A DNA stretch of 60,648 bases, filler included, from Piptocephalis cylindrospora (taxonomy: Eukaryota), in the NCBI GenBank assembly GCA_003614145.1. It is 9 parts of 9 records of this genome, joined end to end, with 100 filler letters (N's around TTAATTAATTAA, not from the genome) between each part and the next. Parts side by side here need not be neighbours in the genome. Positions count along the whole stretch, not along the records: positions 6,817 to 13,527 come from KZ988264.1; positions 13,628 to 20,322 come from KZ988265.1; positions 20,423 to 27,089 come from KZ988266.1; 6 more parts are not named here. One strand, given 5' to 3'. The notes beneath the pieces were generated by a model. It made no database searches and was not told where the DNA came from. It saw only the letters and a program-made list of their open reading frames with translations. Positions 10,828 through 22,580 of this stretch are shown here, piece by piece (position 1 is the first letter of the stretch; each line of letters starts with the position of its first letter). Both the position numbers and the translations under genes were made by a program.

Positions 10828-12766
10828 ATGCATCGCTCCATTATATGCTTTTCATTGAATCTGGCTATCCTTCATCCAGTTTATGCTGCATCGCCATCAG
10901 CGGCCGAATCCCAAGAAGGCAATAAGTGTCAATCCGCCAATAATGCCTACGAATTAGACAAGTGGATCAAGGAAAGCCACGCCAGCATGACCTAAACCCC
11001 TCCCATCACCGCCAAGCCCTTTAAGTATACCAAATACGACCATTCCATAGGAAAACTTATCTATCCCCCGTATAACAAAAAGGGCGAGTGAGTGATTGAT
11101 TTTTCTTGAGTCGGCTATCACCGGGGCCTCAAGAGTTTGCCCAATTACTCATGCTCAATGACCCTACGACCCTATAGATATTCGGACGCGAACGAGATTC
11201 AAAAAGCTGTTGATAGGCTGGTCTCTGGAGCTCCAAATGAACCCACAAAGCTTCGTGGAGTCATTTGCCTGACCCCTAGAAAGTTCATAATATCCCATGG
11301 TATCGGCATTAACACTCCCGATATTACCATATGAGGCGATCGGAACCTCGACCATTGTTTATGGAACCTCCAAGGAACGCATCTATCTCTAATTTCAAGG
11401 GCAGTGATAAGCCTAAGGAGGTGAAGGGGACCAGATCTACCATCAAGGGACCTGTACCTGTAGGAGCCTGTGTACTTCCCCCTTGATCCTTCCGATACTT
11501 TCAAATACAAGGTGGGGGATGAAGTCATGGTAAACAGAGGGGGGAAAGAAGCTTACATACACGACATCAAGACACATCTCACCCAAAAGGAATCCCATGG
11601 TGTGGCCAATTTTCCCCCCTCGCACCACCCACTGGGCCCGTATTATTAAGGCCGTATCCAAGGATAGCGTTAATCTGGATGAACCTATTACTGTCTCCAT
11701 TGAGAATCGGTATGGAGGAGGTCCATTGCCAAGTACACCTGGAAAGATCGAATCGAGGACGTGGAAATTGAATTCCTCTCCGTGGATTGTGATTATGATA
11801 ATTCCATTGTTTCCTCCACTACCAATGGCCCAACAAAACATAATGTTGGTTCATATCTATCGAACCCCAATCATATCATGGGTTTGGTCATACTTATATA
11901 CTTAAGGGCCGTTTGGGCGTTTCGAATTAGTGGAAAGCATCTGAACTGACTTGCCAATGTTCAGCGTTCCTCCCGGGTTACTTTCCAAGATTGCAAGTAT
12001 GATAATCCTGTATCGCCTCTGAATCCGAGAGAGCGATATGATTTCACCATCGGGGGAGAAGCCGAGCTCATATTGATGCAACTCCTTGTCTCCGTCAAGG
12101 CCCGTAATGCATTCGTTCATAACCTCAATTCCAATGGCCTTAATATATTTTGATGATAATATAACCGGTTTATTCTCCCTCATGGGGCAGGCTACAGAGT
12201 ATCCGAACGTATTACCCGCCTAGGCCAGTAAACTTGATGCCAAGGAAATTGTCCTCAACGGGCCCTAATATATTTTCAACTGTACCATCGTCGACTTTGG
12301 CAATACCCAGCCGCATCAGCCTCTTAGCTATGGTTCCCTCTTTAACATAAGCATTAGGGATGTTTTTGGTGTGAATCTAGGGGCTGGTGGGAGTGGCCAT
12401 GGATGGGCTGGGGCTAACACAGCTGTCTGGAATAGCCAGGGTGTCACCTCCGCCCAGGACCTGCCCAATGTTCGTAATTTTGCAGTTGGGGATGGAGGCG
12501 TTGCCGGGATGCTGCGGAATACGTCTGGCTCAGCCACGGAATGGGGGCTCTATAACGTTAAAGCCAGGCCCTCTCCCCTCTACCAGGGCCAGTTGTCGGA
12601 AAGAAGGGAAGAAGGAAATGGAGGTACTTGCCTATGCAATACTTTGCTGCAGGTTCCAAGTCAAGTAGTCCTGAATCCAAAGCTACTCACGGCTTCCATT
12701 ATAATTATTCCTAGTCTCCTGATCTCTGGCATTCTGGCCGTAGCTCTGGCTTTGATGATTATATAG
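10828..12766 (+). pseudogene. Decayed secreted pectate-lyase-like right-handed beta-helix protein with C-terminal hydrophobic anchor
   Basis: Signal peptide MHRSIICFSLNLAILHPVYA. Family-like motifs GE*VIDFS*VGY, IQKAVDRL...RGVICL, PVPVGA, KVGDEVMVNR, LDEPITVSIENRYGGG, PVSP...RYDF, GPNIF.NC, GSGHGWAGANTAVWN, PSPLYQGQLSER, spread over several frames. In-frame stops at 10993, 11089, 11107, 11332 and 11947, plus at least 3 frameshifts. Confidence 0.8.
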
Positions 12767-13527
12767 GCAGTGGAGTAGGTTAAGAGGCATGCTGATGCGA
12801 ATGTTGATCTTATTTCCAGTACATTCGTATTTCTCATCGCATCTGGATAAATGGAGAATATTGGCATATGTTCAAGGCCGATCAAGTGAATATATTTTCC
12901 CTTTCTATTTCCCTTTCATTCCCTTCATCACAAATATTAAAGTATTTTCCTCATGTCGATATATTCACTCTTTATCACGAAATCAGAATGGCCTATAAGC
13001 TATAAGGCCTCATTGCTGTTATAAATGTTTGCTCTTATCCAGGATAATGGGTGCTCATGTATAAAGACGAGATTCGGGCTATGGCCTCCTCTCTTAGTCC
13101 CTAACTCACTCCTGTAATAATAACAATAGCAGTACTACCAGTGAGAAAAGGCTCAACGTCCTATTACTTGCTCCTTAGAAATTAGTGTCTCAGGATCTAT
13201 GAAAATAAGATGTAGATGGCTGATTGATATCGCATACCGGCGAGAAATATGCGATTTTTTTTGCTAAAAAGTGCAATTTCTCTTTGTGTACATTTGCGAG
13301 AACACGAGTGAGTCCGCCTCCGCGCGTCTGTCGCATCCTGGTGTCACCTCCGCCCATTGCATTGTGTCTGGAGCAGCAGCACGGCGCTATAGTGATCTAT
13401 GGGCGCTCAATGTTTCTGTGTATAAAGGGCGCAGGGGGCAAAGACGGCCAAGTGCTGAGGCGTCTTCTTCCGTTCCTGCCTGTCTCCCCATCCCGCTCTC
13501 CTCATTCCATATATTCTCTCCTTCACA

Positions 13528-13627
13528 NNNNNNNNNNNNNNNNNNNNNNNNNNNNNNNNNNNNNNNNNNNNTTAATTAATTAANNNNNNNNNNNNNNNNN
13601 NNNNNNNNNNNNNNNNNNNNNNNNNNN
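13528..13627. other. Artificial contig linker
   Basis: N44-TTAATTAATTAA-N44. Confidence 0.98.
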
Positions 13628-14735
13628 TGGTGGGAGAGACAAGGCGGAGTTTGGCCGTGGATGAGTCGGGGTTTGGGAGATAATTTGGAGTGGAGGGCTG
13701 GGAAGGATGAAGGAGGGAGGAGTAGTCTGCTGCCATGTGGAGACGAGTTCAGGTCAGGGCGTGAATTTTCTTGGATTATGCTGGTTGAAAGAGGAGGGGA
13801 TGAAGGGATGAGAAATAATATCCGAGAATCTCTAAAGGTAAGGAGGATCCCTGAAGACGAGGATAATCCCTGAAGGGGACAAGGCCGCTTCAATAGGGTC
13901 AAAAGAAAGGGATGACATTGACGTGTTTTGATGATGAGGATGGATGACGACCAAGGATTTTGGATAGATGCGATTCATCTGCGATTATGCTAAGGCTTGG
14001 TCGGTAGCATCAAAGGACCGGTGCGTTTAGATATGGGACAGCTGTAATCAAGCGATGGGACAAAAAGAGGGAAAAATATGCTCCTGTTTAGAAGAGGGCC
14101 AGTTGTAGTGAAAGAATGGAATGGCGAAGAGAAAAGAAAAGAAGAAAGAGAAATCATGGGCGGGGTGACTGGGATGCGTTCGCGTCGCGTGTCAATAAGA
14201 GAGCCCTTTCCCGTTGGTAAGTGCACTATCTAGTTACACTCACGCGTAGCAACAGCAGTATCGCGGGTTGACGTGGGCGGCGCGTGCTCCAATTGATGCA
14301 GACGCGTTTGCTAGGTCATTCGACTCTACCAGGGTTGAACCCTGGTCAACATCTGGCTGCACTTAGTCCAGTACTGGCTGACCCACACTTTGTCGAGTGG
14401 GCGGAGATCATCCTGTGCGGATCTTGCGCTCCACGGACTCCGCTTGACTAGTAGCCTCACTACTCTATCCTAGCCCAGCCCAGCCCAGCCCAGACCAACC
14501 CCTCCACACCTACAGTAGGCACCTCACTCCCTTCTCAAACCACAACCCCACTTCCCTTTCTCTCAACCACCAACTGAACCCATCCCTCCTTCTCACCCAC
14601 CCGTTCCGCGCCACTCCCACCACCACCTTGCTTCTCATCCCAATCCTCCTCCCCTCTCTCTTCTCGGTATATTTCTTTGTCCCATCTCCCGCCCCATCCC
14701 ATCCTTCATCCCACCTCTTACCACTCATTCATACC

Positions 14736-16220
14736 ATGGAGTTTGAGGATGTTTTAACCAACCAGCCCGTTGTCATTGACAATGTACGTCTGGATAGGGA
14801 AAGGTGTCTCAACGTGACCTTTTCTCATCTTCCTATATCCCCCCCCCTTCTGTCCTTTAGGGCTCCGGAGTAATCAAGGCCGGGTTCGCTGGAGACGAAC
14901 ACCCAAAGAGCTTCTTTCCATCCTTGTAAGCGGGTCTGCTCGTGTAAACAATCCCGTCTTCACGTCATCTCACCCATATGCTTCTTCATTTTTACTAGTG
15001 TCGGGAGGCCCAAACATCATAGGATCATGGCAGGCGCTGTGGAGGGGGATACGTTCATCGGTCATCGTGCAGAGGAACTTCGAGGCCTCCTCAAAATCAG
15101 ATATCCTGTTTCCCATGGCATCGTCACCGATTGGGATGATATGGAGAGAATTTGGCAGTACATTTACTCTGAGGAGCTAAAGACTCTTTCTGAAGAGGTA
15201 GGTATCCAAAAAACACTGCTTGATTGAGACTGAGAGGCTTGGGATTAAGGCAGCCCCACTCACCTCACCTCGCCCCACCCCCTCATTCTCCGTACAGCAC
15301 CCCGTCCTCCTCACTGAAGCCCCCTTAAACCCGAGACACCATCGGGATCAAGCAGCGCAAATTTTTTTTGAAACTTTCAACGTCCCTGCGTTCTACACCT
15401 CCATTCAGGCCGTCCTCTCCCTATATGCATCGGGAAGGACGACGGGTGTTGTGTTGGACTCGGGGGATGGCGTGACCCATGCCGTCCCCGTCTTTGAAGG
15501 CTTTGCCATGCCCCATGCCGTGCAAAGAGCTGATATTGCCGGGAGGGACGTGACCGACTATCTGAGTCTATTGCTCCGTAAGGCCGGGTATCACTTTTCC
15601 ACCACAGCCGAAAGAGAGGTCGTGAGGATCATCAAGGAGAAGACTGGGTACGTGGCTCTTAATCCCTCCAAGGAGGAGAAGGATGTGTCCGGGAAGCTGG
15701 ATGACTTCCGTCTCCCTGATGGCAATGTCATCAAGCTCGGAACCGAGAGATTTCTCGCCCCCGAGATCCTCTTCAAGCCCGATCTCATCGGCCTTGAATA
15801 CCCCGGTATCCCGCAGCTCGTCACCAATGCCATCGCCAAGTCTGACATGGACCTTCGAAAGGCCCTGTACGGGAACATCATCCTCTCTGGTGGATCTACC
15901 TTGTGTCAAGGATTTGGTGAGCGCATGCTCAAGGAGGTCAAGTCCATTGCCATCAAAGACATTAAGATCCGTATCCACTCGCCTCCCGAGCGCAAGTATA
16001 GTACATGGATAGGGGGTTCCATCCTTGCCTCTCTGAGCACATTTAAGAAGGTAGGGTGGTGTGGGGCATGGTGTATTTCAGGGATGGGTAGGATGGGATA
16101 GTGTCTGTTTTAGGGATGACAGGGCCAAGGTTGACTTCTTTATCTATTCCCTAGATGTGGGTGTCCTCAGAGGACTATCAGGAAGATCCGGACATTATTC
16201 ATAAGAAGATGTCCTTCTAA
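14736..16220 (+). CDS. ARP1: Actin-related protein 1 (centractin, dynactin filament); exons 14736-14783, 14861-14925, 14999-15197, 15298-16050, 16155-16220
   Basis: [135 protein letters not shown] and RGLLKIRYP favour Arp1 over actin. Confidence 0.94.
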
Positions 16221-16623
16221 GCTGGGATATGGGGTTGATGGGGAAAGGGGATATGTTCTGTGCCCATGTTAGTGTCAGTGATCCAACTAGTCCTGGGGGG
16301 AAGGTAGGATGATGAGGCAAAGGGAATTGGGAGAGGGGGAGGAGGAGGAAGAGAGATGTGATAGAGTGTGTCCTTCTCCGTCCGCCCTACCGTTCTCTTT
16401 ATCTTGTTTTCATCTTCACTAAAAATCCTAATCATCATCAATCATCATCATCATCAGCCACTCTCCGCATCTTGCAGTAACGATCAAACTTGTATTACAC
16501 GCTCACGTACGCACACCAAACTTGTACCTCCAAGCCTCGACACACGCCCACTCCCTCCCTAATCTCCCAGTATCCACAAAACCAGACCCATTGACACAGA
16601 GACCTCCCATCTTCCAAGAGGAT

Positions 16624-16651
<28 letters not shown>
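16624..16651. repeat. (CA)n microsatellite
   Basis: Pure AC run between the ARP1 and forkhead gene 3' ends. Confidence 0.95.
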
Positions 16652-16654
<3 letters not shown>

Positions 16655-16733
16655 AAGACTCATCTCCTCATCCCATCTCCCGTCGGGATACACAAACATA
16701 TGCAAGAACTCTTTCCGCATCCAGTATCAAAGG

Positions 16734-18533
16734 TCATGAAGAAGCTTTTTGGGTGAATGGAAGGGGAAGTCGCTTCCCCGTGCGCTTCACCTCCTTCCCC
16801 GACCGATCCACATCCTCATCTCCCGTGGCACCCGAATCATTGGCCCCATCTGCTGGGTTTCCCTCCTTTTTCCGTTTGGAGCCGGTCGAGGGAGAAGCTC
16901 TTCGCGCCTTGAACTCTCCATTGACATAATGCATCCGATGTTGGGGAAGGATGGTCCAATAGGACCCTTTTCCCGGTTCCCCTACAGCCCGAGGCACCTT
17001 GGCAAAGCCTTTGTTAAGGGAAAGGTTATGTCGGATTGAATTTTGCCATCCTGCATCATCCCGGGCGTAAAAGGGGTAGTGGTCGCTGATGTAATCGTAA
17101 ATGTCCGATAGTGTCATCCGACTATCTTCATCCTCTGGCCCCACTGATGTAATCGCTTGGGCAATGAGGGATGCGTATGAGTAGGGCGGCTTTTCCTTGG
17201 AGTCCACATATCGATTCCGATCAAATGTCGTAGAGGAGGAGGGCTTCCCATGACCGCTCGAACTTGAAGCTGACGTTGACCTCTTCCCTCGCCTTTCTTG
17301 TGCTAGGTAGGGAGGATGGGATGATGGAAGTGGGGAGACTCTGGAAGCCGATTTTACCTTTCCCGTGGATCCCCCCAACGGTCTCGGCAGCGTCGATCGT
17401 CCTTCCAATGACATTTCATCTTCCTCCTCCTCTTCATCCGCCCTTTCTACTATTCTTTCCCCCTCATCATCTTCCTCCTCCTCCGAGCCTTCCTCCTCGT
17501 CTCCTTCCTCTTCTTCATCCTCCTCCTCTACCTCCTCTGTCTCCTCCCCTGACATCCCCTCTCCCTCAAGGCCATTAGGAAGGTGGAACCGAAGGACCTT
17601 ATTGGCAATCTGGATCTTGCAGGCATGGCTCAGCGGGCAGGATGACCCCGAGGCGATGTACACCTCATTGACAAAAGCCCCATTCTTCCCCAAGACCAAA
17701 AGATCAAAGCCACGATTCACATGATTATAAAGGATACGTGCATGAAGCCGAGAGATGGACTTTGCGCCTCCAAGCACAATATCCGGGGCCGGGGAAGGGG
17801 CCGTGGCCGATACCTGTGTCTGGGCCGGGATAGAGGATCGGCCGATTGTAGCTTCCAAATCTTGGAGGAAAAAGCACAGATCATCCCCTTCGATCTTGGC
17901 ATAGGCTTGCACCGGCGTCACCGGGATTGGATGAGAGATGGATAAGGGAGGGGGCAAAGTCGAATGATGGGCGGGGGCCGGTAGATATGGTGGGGCCGGG
18001 TATGAGGGGGAGGAGGAGGGGGTAGTGGCTGCGGCGGCACTTATGGCAGTCGAAGCCGTGGTGGTGGTTGCGACGAGAGGAGGCGGTGGCGGTGGGGGAG
18101 GAAGAGGCTGGTGGAGCCCTGGGGTAAAGGCCGATGTGGGCGGGTAATGAGCGAGAGAGGTGACGGGGTATGGGGAGGGGGAGGAGGAGGAGGAGTGCTG
18201 GGCGGGTAGAGGCAATGCCGTACTACTTATTAACGCTGCTGGGGTCGTGCGAGTACTTTGGCCTATGCCATTATTGTTGTTGTTGCTATTACCATTACTG
18301 CCGCTGCTACTCGTCGGGATGGCCGGGTCCACGGGCGGACCAGTGTCCATCTTTCCTAGGGAGGCTGTATCCTCTGGGGCCTCGACCTCTTCATATACCG
18401 CCGAGGTATCCAGGCCAATTCGACTGTGGGAACCGTGGTCCTCATACGACATGGGTTGTGCGGCTTGCTGAGGAGGCGGGGTGGATAAGGTAGGGGGAGG
18501 GGAATCGGCCGGGTGTGGATGATGCTCCTCCAT
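16734..18533 (-). CDS. FHA + forkhead transcription factor (Fkh1/Fkh2, FOXK-like)
   Basis: [12 protein letters not shown]...TIGR...[10 protein letters not shown]...LGKNGAFVN. Forkhead: [14 protein letters not shown]...[10 protein letters not shown]...YPFY...[21 protein letters not shown]...PGKGSYW. 599-aa uninterrupted ORF. Confidence 0.92.
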   Translation of the reverse strand: MEEHHPHPADSPPPTLSTPPPQQAAQPMSYEDHGSHSRIGLDTSAVYEEVEAPEDTASLGKMDTGPPVDPAIPTSSSGSNGNSNNNNNGIGQSTRTTPAALISSTALPLPAQHSSSSSPSPYPVTSLAHYPPTSAFTPGLHQPLPPPPPPPPLVATTTTASTAISAAAATTPSSSPSYPAPPYLPAPAHHSTLPPPLSISHPIPVTPVQAYAKIEGDDLCFFLQDLEATIGRSSIPAQTQVSATAPSPAPDIVLGGAKSISRLHARILYNHVNRGFDLLVLGKNGAFVNEVYIASGSSCPLSHACKIQIANKVLRFHLPNGLEGEGMSGEETEEVEEEDEEEEGDEEEGSEEEEDDEGERIVERADEEEEEDEMSLEGRSTLPRPLGGSTGKVKSASRVSPLPSSHPPYLAQERRGKRSTSASSSSGHGKPSSSTTFDRNRYVDSKEKPPYSYASLIAQAITSVGPEDEDSRMTLSDIYDYISDHYPFYARDDAGWQNSIRHNLSLNKGFAKVPRAVGEPGKGSYWTILPQHRMHYVNGEFKARRASPSTGSKRKKEGNPADGANDSGATGDEDVDRSGKEVKRTGKRLPLPFTQKASS

Positions 18534-20266
18534 ACTGGCGAATGGGGGAAAATGAGGACGAAGGAAGGGATGACGTTTAGGTTTGGGCTGGGGAGACGAT
18601 GGTTTGTTTTGCTTTTGATTGACTTGGACAGGTGAGGATGAGGCAAGGGAAGCAGGAAACAGGCGCTGGAAGGGGAGATGGGTGTGGGGATGTCAGAATA
18701 AGAGCGTCTGTCAAAAAACGAGACAAGGTGGGCGGGAGAGAAGGGGAGGAGGACAAGGAGAAGAACAAAGCAAGAGACGGCACGGGAATGTCCTCGAATG
18801 TAGGATAGTGAGGGGTTGTTGTTGTTGCTGCTCCTGCTCCGGTAGTGGAACCTCACCACCTCCAGCGGACTAGGAAGCGGAGAGTAGGAGGGGGGGAATT
18901 GGACTTGGTGCCGCTGTGATGATTACAGAGGGGAGGTCTGGTGCTGTGATTACAGTGAGAGGGAAAGAGGACTCGGTACAGTGCTGTTGTGTCCATGAGG
19001 TGTGAAGTATCGTAGTTTGGGTGGGCCTATGTCGTGCAGGATATCAAGTGGATTGGTGTACACCGTATAAGCAGGTGGACCTCATTGCAAGATAGCCCAG
19101 TGATCTAGGAAGCCGCTTGCCGGTAAGCCAGGTAATGTGAAGAAGGTGTAATAAATTGTACCCTCCACAATTTACCATCTCTGTTTATAACGCTGGATAT
19201 GAATGCAAACATCCCTCCAGGTTTGGGTAGGATGTGGTGCGAAAATGGCATGAGCTGTATCAACAAAGGAAATTCTGATTGTTCTTTAGTGATCAAGTAT
19301 TGTTATTGATTTCGATTCCAAATAAAGATGGATGAATAAAAGTAAACTATGCCCTCAGGCACCTATTTACATGACACTGGGTAGATACTATGTTCGAGTA
19401 CTCCTTTATCCATCCTACTCAAAGAAAATATAATGACTCTGTGGGGGTGGACTTCATGCCAGAGGGGCACACAATGTCCGTATTGGAGCCAGAGAGGTAA
19501 AGGAGGCCATATAAGGGGTAGGGTGGGTGGGGTGAGCATTAAAGAGGCAGGCGGAACAAGGGTCTTTTCCTTTTTCTTCCCTCTCTTGAGCCTTTCTCTT
19601 ATCTCCAACCCTTTTTCCACTTCTCTTATGCTGTGCCGCAGTCACTAATACTGCAGCCCCCTCAATCTCTGATGATGATGATAAAATCATTTTATTTTTC
19701 CTAGTGGGGTAGGCAGATGGGCATCCGAACATAATGTCTGCTAAGATAGCTGACATGTGTGGTACCAGGAGTATTTTTTCCCTCTCTCCATCAAGGACAA
19801 TCACAACAGACTCTATGAGCTGAATTCATCTATATGACGCTGTGCCGACGGTATATTTGACCTGGGTATCCCTAGCTCAGAGGTGAATAGCTAGATGCTC
19901 TAGATGCTCTATAAATAACTGTAGAATGGCAGAACTTATCAAGGACCAGACCAGCCGGCCCTTCAGGCTGCGGAGTGGCACATCCCCAATTGATCCACCA
20001 TACATCGTCGTATAAAATTGAATATCCGTTCAATTGCTCAGTCGGAGTCTAAATGTGATCCCAATGACCTAATGTTCCTGGGAGTGCCAAGCAGCCTTCA
20101 AGCTTTAAATCCGTCTAGCCGGATGCTCAAGCTCATCCCCCTTTTCGTTTACATCATCCCTCTTTCCTTTTCTCTTCTTTCGTCTCCTCTCCCATCACCT
20201 TTTTCCGTCCCCTCCCCATCTTCCGCCATTCCCCCTCCACCATCTTTCTCGCTCCTTCTCTCTCCA

Positions 20267-20267
<1 letters not shown>

Positions 20268-20317
<50 letters not shown>
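20268..20317. repeat. Poly-C tract (~50 nt) at contig end
   Basis: Homopolymer just before the linker; similar tracts at 27266-27297 (G) and 33665-33688 (C). Confidence 0.9.
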
Positions 20318-20318
<1 letters not shown>

Positions 20319-20322
20319 CCCC

Positions 20323-20422
20323 NNNNNNNNNNNNNNNNNNNNNNNNNNNNNNNNNNNNNNNNNNNNTTAATTAATTAANNNNNNNNNNNNNNNNNNNNNN
20401 NNNNNNNNNNNNNNNNNNNNNN
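20323..20422. other. Artificial contig linker
   Basis: N44-TTAATTAATTAA-N44. Confidence 0.98.
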
Positions 20423-20784
20423 TCGCTGAGATTGTCGAGTCCTTTGTCAAGCCCATCTCTCACAAGACCATGCTGTATATTGCCATCTTTGGATTTGGCA
20501 CCCTCGCCATCTCCAACATTGCTTTTGGTCTCGTTCGCTCTCGCAAACGCCGTCAGGCTCTTTCCTTCCCATCTGCCTATGTCACTGAGGATGAATTTGA
20601 TGAGGACATGATCCCTATCGAGGGCCTCCGCAGACGAGCTCCTCTCCGTTCCTTCTCATACAGATCAAGGTACGACGATGAGTCCTTCTCTCCCTCCTCC
20701 TCCTCCTCCATGGCTCTGGATGGAAGGAGATCTCGTAGGCGCAGCCGGTCTAACAGTCGATCCCGACGGTCCGATTGGCGGTGA
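20423..20784 (+). CDS. Brr6/Brl1-family nuclear envelope protein, 3' fragment
   Basis: AEIVESFVKPISHKTMLYIAIFGFGTLAISNIAFG resembles the end of the Brr6-like C-C domain (AEIINSFIEPISYKT) plus the second TM helix. Confidence 0.7.
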
Positions 20785-20978
20785 TCGGTGGAGAAAGGGG
20801 ATGGTTTAGGAAGATTGGAAAGAAGAGTTAAGGCAGGGATACGGAAGGGAGTGAGAATAAAGAACAGAAATGAAATGAAAATTCCTTGTGTGCTATACCA
20901 CAACATGCTTCTGGGGTACATTCAAAGATCATTCATGTCAAGACACATCTTAATCCTTCAACTATAAAAGAATTCCCC

Positions 20979-22214
20979 TCACGCATCCACCTCTCGGAAA
21001 TCCCATAAACCACAATCAGAACATGGCTCCTGCGGAACGCACTCAGGATAATCCCCTTCCCAGGGGATGAGGACCTTTTCAATCACCTCACCAATTCGAT
21101 GGGTCCGCACATCCTGCTTCCAGCCTAGACGTTCTGCCACATCGAACATACACACTCGGCCGACATGACACTTGGACTCCATGGCAAAACCCGCGTACCA
21201 GCAGGAAGAAGAGGGACCAACGCACGTCCCCAAGAATAGGGGATCAGCATTGTGCCCGATATGCCAAATGGCCATATCCTTCCAGTCGACCCCCGGAGGC
21301 ATGGGAAGATGGAGACGGCGGGCCGGGAGCATATCTCCTGGAGCTTCAAAGGACACGGAGGGAACACCAAAGGTCAAAGCAAGCAGCCCCACGATAGAGC
21401 CACCTAGGGAATGACCATTGAACCAAATGGCAGCATCCGGATACTCCTTGGCTAGGGTCAGGTAAATGGATGTGGCAGCCAGGTAATAGGAATCTTCTAG
21501 ATCCACTGAATCTTCTAGGCACGTCTGGTTACATTGATTTCCCTTCATGTAACAAGGACACACAGTGCTCCAGGTATAATCAACCCGGGCACAGCAGCAG
21601 GAAAAGAGAATGTTATCCTGGATCTTGTCCCGCGCCGCCGTCTCACTATTCCCTCCCCAAAAGCTGGCTGAGGAGGTGCCCTTGACGGTAATGACAAAGG
21701 TGGTATTAGCCTCGTCGCCAAACACATAACCTCGTAGACCATCCTCTTCCCAGCCAAAAGGGATGAGGGTCCCGTTGGCCCAGGGCCCTTCCATCTCATA
21801 CCAATCCGCCTTGCTCGGGTCAATGTACGCATCGTACGTCATCTTTGCCAGAGACACCACCGTTTCCCTGTCACGTACATCGGGCACACGAATGTCTCCC
21901 CGGGTCCAACCTGTGACGTCCCGATAGGATGTGGAGCCGAGCGGGCGAATGGGTAGAACATGGGATTGGACATGCTGCTTGACCCGAAAGATGGGCTGAT
22001 CTTTGTGGTTAGCCCCATCGGGAGCAGGAACAAGAGGAAGATGGTCGTCGGAGGAGGAGAAAGGAGCTCGATGAAAAGAGTGACGAAGGGAAAGGAGGGC
22101 CGACATAGGCTCATCTTGGAAAATGGCTTGACGATCCTGTCGGCCCAATACCCCACAGCCATGGGAAAGAAAGAGAAGTGAGAGAGAGAGGGCGCCAGAG
22201 GGAAGCATGTACAT
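20979..22214 (-). CDS. ATG15: Autophagy lipase Atg15
   Basis: VPDVRDRETVVSLAKMTYDAY, FGWEEDGLRGYVF, KGTS, DNILFSCCCARVD, lipase motif GHSLGG, FEAPGD, GHNADP, ESKCH; hydrophobic N-terminus. Confidence 0.95.
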   Translation of the reverse strand: MYMLPSGALSLSLLFLSHGCGVLGRQDRQAIFQDEPMSALLSLRHSFHRAPFSSSDDHLPLVPAPDGANHKDQPIFRVKQHVQSHVLPIRPLGSTSYRDVTGWTRGDIRVPDVRDRETVVSLAKMTYDAYIDPSKADWYEMEGPWANGTLIPFGWEEDGLRGYVFGDEANTTFVITVKGTSSASFWGGNSETAARDKIQDNILFSCCCARVDYTWSTVCPCYMKGNQCNQTCLEDSVDLEDSYYLAATSIYLTLAKEYPDAAIWFNGHSLGGSIVGLLALTFGVPSVSFEAPGDMLPARRLHLPMPPGVDWKDMAIWHIGHNADPLFLGTCVGPSSSCWYAGFAMESKCHVGRVCMFDVAERLGWKQDVRTHRIGEVIEKVLIPWEGDYPECVPQEPCSDCGLWDFREVDA

Positions 22215-22580
22215 GTTGAAGGGTGATGGAAAGGTGAAGGAGATGAAGGAAAGATATGGATAATGGACGAGGAAGAGTCACAGAGACTCATGTACCCTCT
22301 TCACACCTCAGACTTTTATATCCCGCCCCCCCCTCCCCACACACACACACACACACACACACCACTCCACCCCACACAGCGGATGACTAGTAACAAAGAA
22401 TCGGGGATAGCGACATCATCTCCCACGCTCAAAATCAGGTGAAGTGAACTCATCCCAATATCATCCATCGTTTGAAGGGCAACTTTCATACATTACATTA
22501 TCAATCTTGACCCACCATCAAGTCAAGGGGTCTTAATCATCAATAAACATTATCGTCAGATAGTTCCCTCTCTCACGGAT

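Noticed and set aside
10828..12766. Selenocysteine or TGA recoding to explain in-frame TGAs
   Set aside because: TAA stops and several frameshifts also occur, the TGAs are not at Cys-like positions, and TGA is a normal stop in other genes here.
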